Virus record (IMG/VR): IMGVR_UViG_3300027741_000078
Span: 1 to 56,134 of that record
Reading direction: 5' to 3' (one strand)
Length of the DNA stretch: 56,134 bases
Source of the DNA: a virus
Lineage: Duplodnaviria > Caudoviricetes
Position numbers and translations under genes: made by a program. Under the pieces are notes generated by a model that saw nothing but the letters and a program-made list of their open reading frames with translations, was not told the origin of the DNA and did not search any database. Each line of letters begins with the position of its first letter. Within the stretch, counting starts at the first letter, position 1. This document shows positions 45,943 to 54,571 of the stretch, piece by piece.

Positions 45943-46611
45943 ATGCAGATGCCCGTAAAATGTCATGTAATTGGTTGCGGAAAGGAAATAGCTGCAAAAG
46001 GCTTGTGCCAAAAGCACTACATGAGGGTTCAGAGGACTGGCAAAGTTGAAGATAGCCGGCCCGAGGATTGGGGCAAACGAGAACGGCATCCGCTTTACAA
46101 AGTATGGACTGGCATTTGCAGATACCATCGTTTGGACATGGATCCGCAGTGGCGAGAGGATTTTTGGAAATTTGTCGGAGATGTGCCGGAAAAGATTGCC
46201 GGGGCTAAGGCGTTTAGGCCAGACAAGCTAAAACCTTGGGCTAAAGATAATTTTTATTGGAAAGAAGCCAGGGTTTCAAGTGAAGACTACAAAGAGTATA
46301 TGCGTGAATGGCACAAACATTCTCGCGCAGCAAACCCAGAATATTATGCAAATCAAGCCCTGAAAAAAAAGTACGGGGTTGATCTGCAGTGGTATCAGGA
46401 GACTTTAAGCAGACAAAACGGTGTTTGCGCCATATGCAAAAAGCCAGAGACAACAACCATAAGAGGAAAGTTGATTTCCATGCCGGTTGATCACGATCAC
46501 AACACGGGGAAGGCTAGGGGTTTGCTTTGCACACAATGCAATAGGGGGCTCGGGCTCTTTCGTGATAGCGAGACGATATTACAGGCTGCAATCGAATATC
46601 TTAGAGTATAA
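45943..46611 (+). CDS. Endonuclease VII-family (homing) endonuclease
   Basis: KYG...QNGVCAIC...VDHDH.TG..RGLLC..CNRGLG.F.D; N-terminal C...C...GLC..HY. Confidence 0.9.
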   Translation: MQMPVKCHVIGCGKEIAAKGLCQKHYMRVQRTGKVEDSRPEDWGKRERHPLYKVWTGICRYHRLDMDPQWREDFWKFVGDVPEKIAGAKAFRPDKLKPWAKDNFYWKEARVSSEDYKEYMREWHKHSRAANPEYYANQALKKKYGVDLQWYQETLSRQNGVCAICKKPETTTIRGKLISMPVDHDHNTGKARGLLCTQCNRGLGLFRDSETILQAAIEYLRV

Positions 46612-46618
46612 TTTTGTG

Positions 46619-46642
46619 GAGGGAGGGGTCCCTCGTTTTTTT
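46619..46642 (+). terminator. Putative terminator
   Basis: GAGGGA-GGGG-TCCCTC, then G and T7. Confidence 0.6.
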
Positions 46643-46676
46643 AACTGAACAAACTTTTCAAGAAGGAGTTCATGCG

Positions 46677-47651
46677 ATGCCCCAGTTCAGCGAAGATTTG
46701 TTTCTCGGTCCGGCCCAAACCTTTATGGGCACCGGTAACCGTCCATATACCACCACCGCGATTGGCGGCACGGGTGGCTCCTCTTCTTCCACCTTGACCA
46801 TCACATCGATCGGTTTTGGTGCTCCTATTGTGCTTGGGATGTATGTTGACGGCACGAGCGTGACCGACGGCACCTACATCACAGCGTTTGGCACGGGTAC
46901 CGGCGGCGCTGGCACCTATACCCTTAACCAGGCGATCAACATTGCCAACACGACGGCATTAACGCTGCACGGTAATATTCCGTTTGATGATCCTAGCCAA
47001 ATGGATCTGGGCGTTGGTCCTCTTGGCCGTATCTATGTCTGGGATGTCATTCCACAGGCTGCGGTAACCAACAACATCGCCGCGTCTCAAACGGCTGCTG
47101 GCGCTGGTGCCGTGACGTTGACTGCGGGGACCTCGGCGAAGTCGGTGGTTCGCAACGATGGCACGACGGTCATTCAACTGGATCTGCCTCGTGCGGTGAA
47201 GGTGAACTGCTCGACGACGGCTCGTGCGTTTACGGTTAGCGGTTATGACTACTACGGCCAGCCGATGACGGAGACGATTACGGTTTCTGTTGCCGGTACC
47301 GCGGTGACTGGCAAGAAGGCCTTCTATCAAGTCTCTGGCGCAACGATCGCTGGCTCCGCTACCTCAGTCGTGATCGGCACTAGCGACGTGCTTGGTATCC
47401 CGGTGCGCGTGGTTAACGTGGCTTATGTGGCGAGCGTTAAGAGCAACAGCACTCTGGCTCAGGATGCTGGTACGTTCGTCGCGGCGGATACGGCTACGGC
47501 CACCGCAACCACTGGCGACGTTCGCGGCACCTACACCCCTGCAACAGCATCGGACGGCATTGTTCGTACCGTGATGGGCATCCTGCTGCCGGCTATTGCG
47601 GTCGGCCCAAATGCAACCCGTGTCGGCGCTCTGGGCGTCACCCAGGCATAA
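46677..47651 (+). CDS. Virion structural protein
   Basis: AAGGAG SD; T/G/A-rich; GVGPLGR, TATTGDVRGTY. Confidence 0.7.
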   Translation: MPQFSEDLFLGPAQTFMGTGNRPYTTTAIGGTGGSSSSTLTITSIGFGAPIVLGMYVDGTSVTDGTYITAFGTGTGGAGTYTLNQAINIANTTALTLHGNIPFDDPSQMDLGVGPLGRIYVWDVIPQAAVTNNIAASQTAAGAGAVTLTAGTSAKSVVRNDGTTVIQLDLPRAVKVNCSTTARAFTVSGYDYYGQPMTETITVSVAGTAVTGKKAFYQVSGATIAGSATSVVIGTSDVLGIPVRVVNVAYVASVKSNSTLAQDAGTFVAADTATATATTGDVRGTYTPATASDGIVRTVMGILLPAIAVGPNATRVGALGVTQA

Positions 47652-47664
47652 GGAGTAAAGAATC

Positions 47665-48651
47665 ATGGGTCAGTTTAAGCCAATGATCAAGATGGAGACC
47701 ACCGAGCCAACCGTAGAGTTGAAGCTCAAGAAGGGTGGCGCGGTCAAGAAGATGGCCCGCGGTGGTGCTCCGATGGGTGCAATGGTCGGCGCTCCTAAGG
47801 GTGGTGTGATGACTGGCGCGGCTCCAGCAATGCCTGCTCTTGCAGCTCGTCGTCGTGCGATGAAGGCTATGGGCGCTGCTCCGGCGGCTCCTGTTGGGCC
47901 TGCTGCTGCAATGATGGGCATGAAAAAGGGCGGCGAGGCTGATATCGCGCAGGACAAGGCCATGCTCAAGAAGGCCTTTATGCAGCACGATATGCAAGAG
48001 CACAAGGGCGGCAAGGGTACCAAACTCAAGCTGAAGTCTGGCGGTATGGCAGACAAGATGGAGAAGTTTGAGACCAAGACCACGGTTGAGGGCAACGAGG
48101 GCGAGTTCAAGAAGACGAAGATGCACGAGGCCAAACCGGATCGTGTGAAGGGCCCCACCGGCATGATCAAGGAGAAGAATGCTGGCGGTTACAAGACTGG
48201 CGGCGTTGTGAAGGGCGCGGGTGGTTTTAAGACTGGCGGTGTTGTTGAGGGTCAGGGCGGTTTCCGCAAAGGCGGTGCCATAAAAAAGTTTGCTGAGGGC
48301 GGCCGCGTACAGCACGACGGCGGTCCGGAGCAGATGGAGCAGGGTAAGAAGAAGCCTGCCGGTCCCGTTTCCATCAACAGCCTCGCTGGCACCTATAAGA
48401 AGGGTGGCGCGGTGATGATGGCCGCGGGTGGTGACCCTAACGCTGACTTTTATCGTCGCAAAACAGAAGAAAACGAGGCTGATGCGAAGGCTATGCGGGA
48501 TGCGCTGATGTTCATTCCTCGCAAGATTCACAAGGCTGGGAAGGTTGTTGTAGATGCGATGAATCCTAATCGTGGCGCGGTCACCGATACTGAGCGTGAA
48601 GTAAGCCGGACGGTTGTGCCTGCCAAGAAGAAGGGCGGCGTAGTCTGTTAA
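47665..48651 (+). CDS. K/G/M-rich protein with repeated xxGG motifs
   Basis: About 12 copies such as LKKGG, MARGG, YKTGG, FAEGG; AAGGAG SD. Confidence 0.7.
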   Translation: MGQFKPMIKMETTEPTVELKLKKGGAVKKMARGGAPMGAMVGAPKGGVMTGAAPAMPALAARRRAMKAMGAAPAAPVGPAAAMMGMKKGGEADIAQDKAMLKKAFMQHDMQEHKGGKGTKLKLKSGGMADKMEKFETKTTVEGNEGEFKKTKMHEAKPDRVKGPTGMIKEKNAGGYKTGGVVKGAGGFKTGGVVEGQGGFRKGGAIKKFAEGGRVQHDGGPEQMEQGKKKPAGPVSINSLAGTYKKGGAVMMAAGGDPNADFYRRKTEENEADAKAMRDALMFIPRKIHKAGKVVVDAMNPNRGAVTDTEREVSRTVVPAKKKGGVVC

Positions 48652-48680
48652 GGGTAGGGGCTTCGGTCCCTATCTTCATT
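48652..48680 (+). terminator. Hairpin with C(UUCG)G loop, possible weak terminator
   Basis: GGTAGGGGC-TTCG-GTCCCTATC, short U tract. Confidence 0.55.
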
Positions 48681-48690
48681 GGAGATTGGT

Positions 48691-49443
48691 ATGGGCGTTT
48701 ATTCTTCTGCTACCCGGCAGGGCGCGTATGAGCCGTTTGAGCTGCAGGTTGCTCGTGGACAGGTTGACGGGCACACGCCGTTAAACATTTTTGGATTTAG
48801 TTCCGCTGTTGGATCATCCGCGCTCGGGCCGTTATGGGAGGGGTTGACTCTTTCTGGGGGCGCCTATGCTTATCCTTCAAGCGCCGCCCAGTTGGTTTTG
48901 GTTAGTGATTCTGCGTCTGATACATCTGCATTAAGCGTGCAGATTCAGGGTTTGGACGCAAATTACGCCCCGGTGGTGGAAACCATTGCAATGAATGGCA
49001 CCACAAACGTAACGACCACCAACTCGTTCTTACGCATCAATTTGATGACAACAACAAACGGGTTGAATGTTGGGAATATTACCGCAAAGATCAGCACAAC
49101 AACTTACGCAAAGATTTCTGCTGGCATTGGGCAAACCCAGATGTCGTTGTATACGGTTCCGGCTGGATACACTTTCTATTTGTCATATCTGCAAGCTGAC
49201 GCAAGCATTGGGTTTACGTCTAGCAACTACATGAAGTTTGCCGAATACAACAAAGACAACGCAACAGGGGAAATTAACCTGTTGAGCCAGTCTACGTTTG
49301 TGCAAACATTGAACATTCCATTTACTTGTCCTATTGCTCACAGTCAAAAAACTGACATTCAGTTTCAAATTGTTGCTAATACTGGCAGCCCCTTTTTGGC
49401 AAATATTTATGCCGGCGGCGTCTTGATCAAGAACGCGGACTAA
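48691..49443 (+). CDS. Putative virion structural protein
   Basis: GGAG SD; FELQVARG, IQGLDANY, YTVPAGYT. Confidence 0.65.
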   Translation: MGVYSSATRQGAYEPFELQVARGQVDGHTPLNIFGFSSAVGSSALGPLWEGLTLSGGAYAYPSSAAQLVLVSDSASDTSALSVQIQGLDANYAPVVETIAMNGTTNVTTTNSFLRINLMTTTNGLNVGNITAKISTTTYAKISAGIGQTQMSLYTVPAGYTFYLSYLQADASIGFTSSNYMKFAEYNKDNATGEINLLSQSTFVQTLNIPFTCPIAHSQKTDIQFQIVANTGSPFLANIYAGGVLIKNAD

Positions 49444-49445
49444 TC

Positions 49446-49946
49446 ATGCCTACCAGGTCTCCTGCCCAAGAGCGGCTAATGCAGGCGGTCGCGCACAACC
49501 CTAAGTTCGCAAAGAAGGTTGGCATCCCGACGAAGGTTGGCAAGGAGTTTACGGCTAAAGAGGGCGGGCTCTACGCGAATATTCACGCAAAGCAGGAGCG
49601 TATTGCCCACGGTAGCGGCGAAAAGATGCGTAAACCTGGCTCTCCAGGTGCACCAACAGCGCAGGCGTTCAAGGAATCTGCGAAGACTGCGAAGATGAAG
49701 GAAGGTGGACCTAGCCTGGCTATAGGGCGCGGGGAAAAGCTCCCAGCAAGCCAAGGAGCGGGTTTAACGGCCAAGGGTAGGGCTAAGTACAACCGCGAGA
49801 CGGGAAGCGATCTGAAGCCTCCCCAGCCGGGCGGAGGGGCAAGGCGTGATTCGTTTTGCGCTCGCATGGGTCCGGTCGCTGAGAAGAGTGAGAAGGGTAG
49901 TCGTGCTAGGGCCTCGATGAAGCGTTGGGCGTGTTCGGGATGGTAG
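49446..49946 (+). CDS. Basic hypothetical protein
   Basis: AHNPKFAKKVGIP, GLYANIHAK, RRDSFCARM. Confidence 0.65.
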   Translation: MPTRSPAQERLMQAVAHNPKFAKKVGIPTKVGKEFTAKEGGLYANIHAKQERIAHGSGEKMRKPGSPGAPTAQAFKESAKTAKMKEGGPSLAIGRGEKLPASQGAGLTAKGRAKYNRETGSDLKPPQPGGGARRDSFCARMGPVAEKSEKGSRARASMKRWACSGW

Positions 49947-49949
49947 ATT

Positions 49950-51002
49950 ATGGCGTACAGCGGAACGGTCGGTCAGACGGTTATCAATGTCCAGAAGGTT
50001 ATTGATCATGCCGCTCGTCGTGCAGGAAAACTTGCGGAAGAGTTAACCGTTGAGCAGGTAAATTCTGCCCGTGAGTCTCTGTATTTCGTCTTATCGCACC
50101 TGATCAACACCGGAGTTGACTACTGGGCGATTGAAAAGAAGGTGTTTGGCCTTCTTCCAGACAAGCAGGTCTATGATATGCCTGCGGGGTTTAACGATAC
50201 CCTAAACGTCCTGTATCGGCGCATGAACCGCCCCTCTGGAGCCTACTCTTCAAGCTCTGGGATCGCAATAAACGCCTTTGACGGCAACATCGACACTGTT
50301 TGCACGCAGACTTCTCCGAATGGAAACATATCAATTTATTACAATTCCCCGGTCTACATCGGCTCAATCGGAGTATTGCCGGGAGTTTCTGGAAACATCA
50401 CGGTTGTATTTGAGTATTCCACCGACGGAATTACATGGAATGCGCTCTACTCCCCGGGCCAGACGACGTGGGCTGACAAAGAATGGCTCTGGTACGACAT
50501 TGAGACGGGTCAAAACGTCCAGTATTACCGGATGCGAGCCATTAACGGAAGCACGATAGCCGTTAGGGAGTTGTATTTTGGCAACAACTCAACAGAAATC
50601 ACGATGGCTAGCCTTAATCGTGATGACTACACGAACCTTCCAAACAAAAACTTTACTGCAAACCAGCCGTTTCAGTATTGGCTAAACCGCACGATCCCGT
50701 ATTCGCAGATTAACCTGTGGCCGGTACCGAGTGATGCGTTTGTGCAGATGGTTGTCTGGTACTCGCGTCAGGTTATGGACGTGGGTGCGCTCACGGACGA
50801 GCTAGAGATACCCCAGCGCTGGTATATGGCGATCGTGAATATGCTGGCGCATCAGATGGCGATGGAGTTGCCGGGCGTTGAGCCTGCTCGCATTCAGTAT
50901 CTTGAGGCTCAGGCGCAGTCTACGTTTAACCTTGCAGAGCAGGAGGAGCGTGGTCGAGGTCCAATTTACTTTGCTCCGAATATTGCGCCCTATAACAGGT
51001 GA
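49950..51002 (+). CDS. Head-tail adaptor-like protein with discoidin/CBM-like insert
   Basis: LWPVP motif; insert NAFDGN...EYSTDGITW...YYRM...VRELY. Confidence 0.65.
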   Translation: MAYSGTVGQTVINVQKVIDHAARRAGKLAEELTVEQVNSARESLYFVLSHLINTGVDYWAIEKKVFGLLPDKQVYDMPAGFNDTLNVLYRRMNRPSGAYSSSSGIAINAFDGNIDTVCTQTSPNGNISIYYNSPVYIGSIGVLPGVSGNITVVFEYSTDGITWNALYSPGQTTWADKEWLWYDIETGQNVQYYRMRAINGSTIAVRELYFGNNSTEITMASLNRDDYTNLPNKNFTANQPFQYWLNRTIPYSQINLWPVPSDAFVQMVVWYSRQVMDVGALTDELEIPQRWYMAIVNMLAHQMAMELPGVEPARIQYLEAQAQSTFNLAEQEERGRGPIYFAPNIAPYNR

Positions 51003-51005
51003 TCT

Positions 51006-51341
51006 ATGCCTGTTTTCCTTGATACGACGGGGCTCTCAGATTTAGCAATCGCAATCTGTGATCGGTGCCGCATGAAGAGGCCGCACGCGGTAATGCGATC
51101 TGATCCAAACTTTCCAGGTCTGCAGGTCTGCGATCAGGGTTGCGCGGATAACTTTGATCCGTATCGACTCGCTGCACGCAAGACAGAAAAGATTACAATA
51201 CGCTTTCCGCGCCCTGACGAGAGTGTTGCAGTTGAGGATAACAACCTCACGACTGGCGGAGACAATAATTATGTATTGTCGCCAGAGCAGAATACTCAGA
51301 CGCCAGAGAATAACGGCAACCTGGATAGTATTGAGATATAG
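51006..51341 (+). CDS. Hypothetical Cys-rich protein
   Basis: ICDRC...VC..GC.D..DP...FPRPD. Confidence 0.65.
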   Translation: MPVFLDTTGLSDLAIAICDRCRMKRPHAVMRSDPNFPGLQVCDQGCADNFDPYRLAARKTEKITIRFPRPDESVAVEDNNLTTGGDNNYVLSPEQNTQTPENNGNLDSIEI

Positions 51342-53348
51342 ATGGCAAATGTAACTATTACCCAGCTTCCAGCGGCCCAACCCCTAACCGGCACGGAGCT
51401 GGTGCCTGTCGTCCAGAACGGGCAGACGGTTCGCACGACTACCGGTGCGATTGGCGGTGGCGGTGGCGGCAGTGGGTCTGTTACATCTGTCAACGTCTCT
51501 GGTGGCACTACGGGTTTGACGACGACTGGCGGGCCGATTACTACCTCTGGGACTATCACACTAGGTGGGACACTTAATGTTAGCAACGGCGGGACTGGCG
51601 GCACGACTGCTCAACAGGCTCGGGCAAATGTTCTCCCGAGTTATACGGGAAATGCATCGTATGTACTTCGTGTCAATGCCGGCGCTACAGATGTTGAGTG
51701 GTCCGCTTCCGGTGGTGGGGGTAGTGGAAGCGTTGTTCAGGTCAATACGGGCACTGGATTAACCGGCGGCCCGATCACAACTTCCGGGACGATTGCGATT
51801 GCCACGACCGATGTAACGGCTGGTAGTTATTCAAATCCCAGTTTTACGGTTAACGCGCAGGGGCAGATCACCGCGGCGTCCTCTGGCTCGATTCCTGTTA
51901 CAAGCGTATCCGGCACCGCGAACGAGATTACTTCGTCTGGTGGCGCGACTCCTACGCTGTCCTTGCCTAGTGCGCTTACCTTTACCAACAAAACGGTCAC
52001 GGGTGGATCATTTACTGGCGGGACGATTAACAACACGGTGATTGGCGGGACGACTGCGGTTGCTGGCACGTTTAGCACGATTAATGCCGCGAGCGGGAAC
52101 ATTACTACCACCCCGACTAGCGTTAACAATATTGTTAATAAGGCGTATGCGGACGCGGTTGCATCGGGATTGAGCTTTCATGCAAATTGTGACCTAGCGA
52201 CTGCCGCGGCCCTTCCTACTTGTACCTATAGCAACGGAAGCTCTGGCGTTGGGGCGACGTTAACCGCTACCGCTAACGGGCTTCTAACCGTTGACTCTGT
52301 GAATGTGGTGGCCGGCAATCGCGTGCTGGTGAAGAACCAGGTAAATCAGGCGCAGAACGGCATCTATACGGTCACTCAGATTGGCGACGGATCAACCCCG
52401 TTCATTCTGACTCGTGCGACGGACTACAACACCCCTGGCGCGACCTACTTAAACGTGGACGCCGGCGACTTTACGCTGATCCTGACCGGTGCAACGAACG
52501 CAAGCACCTCGTGGGTACAGACGACGCTGCAGCCGATTACGATTGGCACGACGAATCTTGTCTTTGTGCAGTTTGGCGCGGGGACGGTCGTCTACTCAAA
52601 TGGAACGGGTCTAAGCCTCTCCCCGACCAACCAATTCAGCATCACAAATACCGGCGTATCTTCTGGAACTTACGGCTCTGGCTCTCTGGTTCCTCAGATC
52701 GCCGTAAACGCTCAGGGTCAGATTACTGGTGCGATCAATACCAGCATTGCGATTAGCGGCAGCCAGGTTACTTCGGGTACTGTGGCGATCGCTCAGGGCG
52801 GCACCGGTCAGACATCGCAGGAGTCTGGATTTAATGCGCTGTCTCCGATTACTACGCTCGGCGATATTATTGTCGGGACGGGAACAAACGCCGCGGGAAG
52901 GCTTGGTATTGGCTCCAACGGTCAGGTGTTGACGGTTCAGAGTGGAACTGCGACATGGGCCGCTCCAACGGGTGGCGGTGGTACTCCGGGTGGAAGTCCA
53001 AATACAATCCAATATAACAATGGTGGTGTATTTGGCGGCCAATCCAACTACACGACTGACGGGGCGAATGTACAATTAGGTTCTCAAGGGATATTTAAGT
53101 TTGCCGACCTTGACTCGAGTAATTTTGTTGGATTTAGGGCCCCTGCGACTGTTCCTACTAATGTGACGTGGACGCTCCCCTCGACGGACGGGACTGCGTA
53201 TCAGGTGTTGGCTACGAATGGCTCTGGTTCTCTGGTCTGGGTCACACAAAGCGGCGGTGGTGGCGGTGGTGGATCTCCCAATTTGGACGGCGGGATACCT
53301 AGCTCAACCTACGGCGCGATTACACCAATTAACGGGGGGACACCGTAA
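51342..53348 (+). CDS. Tail fibre protein (Gly/Thr-rich)
   Basis: ITQLP.A, GSVTSV...GGPITTSGTI repeats, RVLVKNQ...NGIY. Confidence 0.8.
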   Translation: MANVTITQLPAAQPLTGTELVPVVQNGQTVRTTTGAIGGGGGGSGSVTSVNVSGGTTGLTTTGGPITTSGTITLGGTLNVSNGGTGGTTAQQARANVLPSYTGNASYVLRVNAGATDVEWSASGGGGSGSVVQVNTGTGLTGGPITTSGTIAIATTDVTAGSYSNPSFTVNAQGQITAASSGSIPVTSVSGTANEITSSGGATPTLSLPSALTFTNKTVTGGSFTGGTINNTVIGGTTAVAGTFSTINAASGNITTTPTSVNNIVNKAYADAVASGLSFHANCDLATAAALPTCTYSNGSSGVGATLTATANGLLTVDSVNVVAGNRVLVKNQVNQAQNGIYTVTQIGDGSTPFILTRATDYNTPGATYLNVDAGDFTLILTGATNASTSWVQTTLQPITIGTTNLVFVQFGAGTVVYSNGTGLSLSPTNQFSITNTGVSSGTYGSGSLVPQIAVNAQGQITGAINTSIAISGSQVTSGTVAIAQGGTGQTSQESGFNALSPITTLGDIIVGTGTNAAGRLGIGSNGQVLTVQSGTATWAAPTGGGGTPGGSPNTIQYNNGGVFGGQSNYTTDGANVQLGSQGIFKFADLDSSNFVGFRAPATVPTNVTWTLPSTDGTAYQVLATNGSGSLVWVTQSGGGGGGGSPNLDGGIPSSTYGAITPINGGTP

Positions 53349-54571
53349 TGCCTGTTCAGATACAACTTAGAAACGGTACTGCGGCTCAGTGGACCGCGGC
53401 CAACCCCGTTCTTGCTGGTGGCGAGCTTGGCGCGGAGACGGACACTAGCAAGTTCAAGATCGGCAACGGCTCCACTGCCTGGAACAGCCTTGCGTACTCT
53501 TTGGGTGTCGTCTCAAAGGGCGCCTATGCCGGCGGGACTCAATACTATGTAAACGATATTGTTACCTCTGGCGGCAATAGCTACATCTGTATTCTGAATT
53601 CTATTGGCAACGCGCCACCAAACGCGACGTACTGGAGCCTGCTTGCTCAGGCCGGAACGAACGGCACAAACGGCACGAACGGTACCAACGGCACGAACGG
53701 CACATCGTTTACATGGCAGGGGACGTGGTCTTCCGGCACGACCTATACCGCTAACCAGACCGTTTCTTACGGTGGCAGTAGCTATATTGCTATCGCAACC
53801 AGCACAGGCGCCAACCCCTCGAGCTCTCCGGGATCATGGTCTTTGATGGCTCAGGCTGGAACCGGTACCGTAAACGGCCCAGGAAGCTCTGTAAGCGGGA
53901 ATCTGGTCTCGTGGAATGGTACGGGCGGGACGACGATCGCGGACTCTGGTAAGGCTGCCCCTTCTGGCGTCATTGTTGGCACGACCGATACCCAGACGCT
54001 GACGAACAAGACTCTGACGCTGCCGGTTATTGCGTCTATATCTAATACCGGGACAATCACAATCCCGACTGGTACGGATACTTTGGTCGGGCGGGCAACG
54101 ACAGATACCTTAACTAACAAGACTCTGACGCTGCCTGTAATTGCATCTATCTCTAATAGCGGAACAATAACGCTTCCGACGGGTACAGACACTTTGGTGG
54201 GACGGGCAACTACAGATACCCTTACCAACAAGACGCTGACCAACCCGACGGTAACGAACTACATTGAGACGGCGTATACAGCCAACACAGGCACTGCGAT
54301 TACTATTACTTTGACCAACGGTACGGTTCAGATTTTGACGTTGACGGGTAACGCAACGATCACAATGCCCACTGCTGTGGCCGGTAAGTCATTCATTATT
54401 ATTTTGGCGCAAGACGCCACTGGAAGCAGGTCAGTCACTTGGTCAACGGTTTCGTGGCCTTCTGCCACACCGCCTTCGGTTACTCAGACCGCCAGCAAGA
54501 AAGACATCTATTCGTTTTTTTCTGACGGAACTAGTTGGTATGGCACCACTATCGGGCAGGCGTATACATAA
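53348..54571 (+). CDS. Tail fibre with Mtd-N-like N-terminus, CBM-like modules, GTN repeats and C-terminal adaptor-like domain
   Basis: IQLRNGTAAQWTAANPVLAGGELG...FKIGNG..AW..L.Y; (GTN)5; TDTLTNKTLT repeats. Confidence 0.85.
   Translation: MPVQIQLRNGTAAQWTAANPVLAGGELGAETDTSKFKIGNGSTAWNSLAYSLGVVSKGAYAGGTQYYVNDIVTSGGNSYICILNSIGNAPPNATYWSLLAQAGTNGTNGTNGTNGTNGTSFTWQGTWSSGTTYTANQTVSYGGSSYIAIATSTGANPSSSPGSWSLMAQAGTGTVNGPGSSVSGNLVSWNGTGGTTIADSGKAAPSGVIVGTTDTQTLTNKTLTLPVIASISNTGTITIPTGTDTLVGRATTDTLTNKTLTLPVIASISNSGTITLPTGTDTLVGRATTDTLTNKTLTNPTVTNYIETAYTANTGTAITITLTNGTVQILTLTGNATITMPTAVAGKSFIIILAQDATGSRSVTWSTVSWPSATPPSVTQTASKKDIYSFFSDGTSWYGTTIGQAYT
53994..54240 (+). repeat. 111-bp (37-aa) tandem repeat, about 2.2 copies
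   Basis: TLTNKTLTLPVIASISNxGTITxPTGTDTLVGRATTD repeated. Confidence 0.8.

Noticed and set aside
44330-45997. 555-aa minus-strand ORF
   Set aside because: Antisense shadow of the decoration and capsid genes; no motifs recognised
47638-48531. 297-aa minus-strand ORF and many other short antisense or alternative-frame ORFs
   Set aside because: Shadows of well-supported genes, lacking recognisable motifs, unlike 37752..38333
53652-53705. Collagen domain
   Set aside because: Only about five GTN triplets; treated as a short fibre linker
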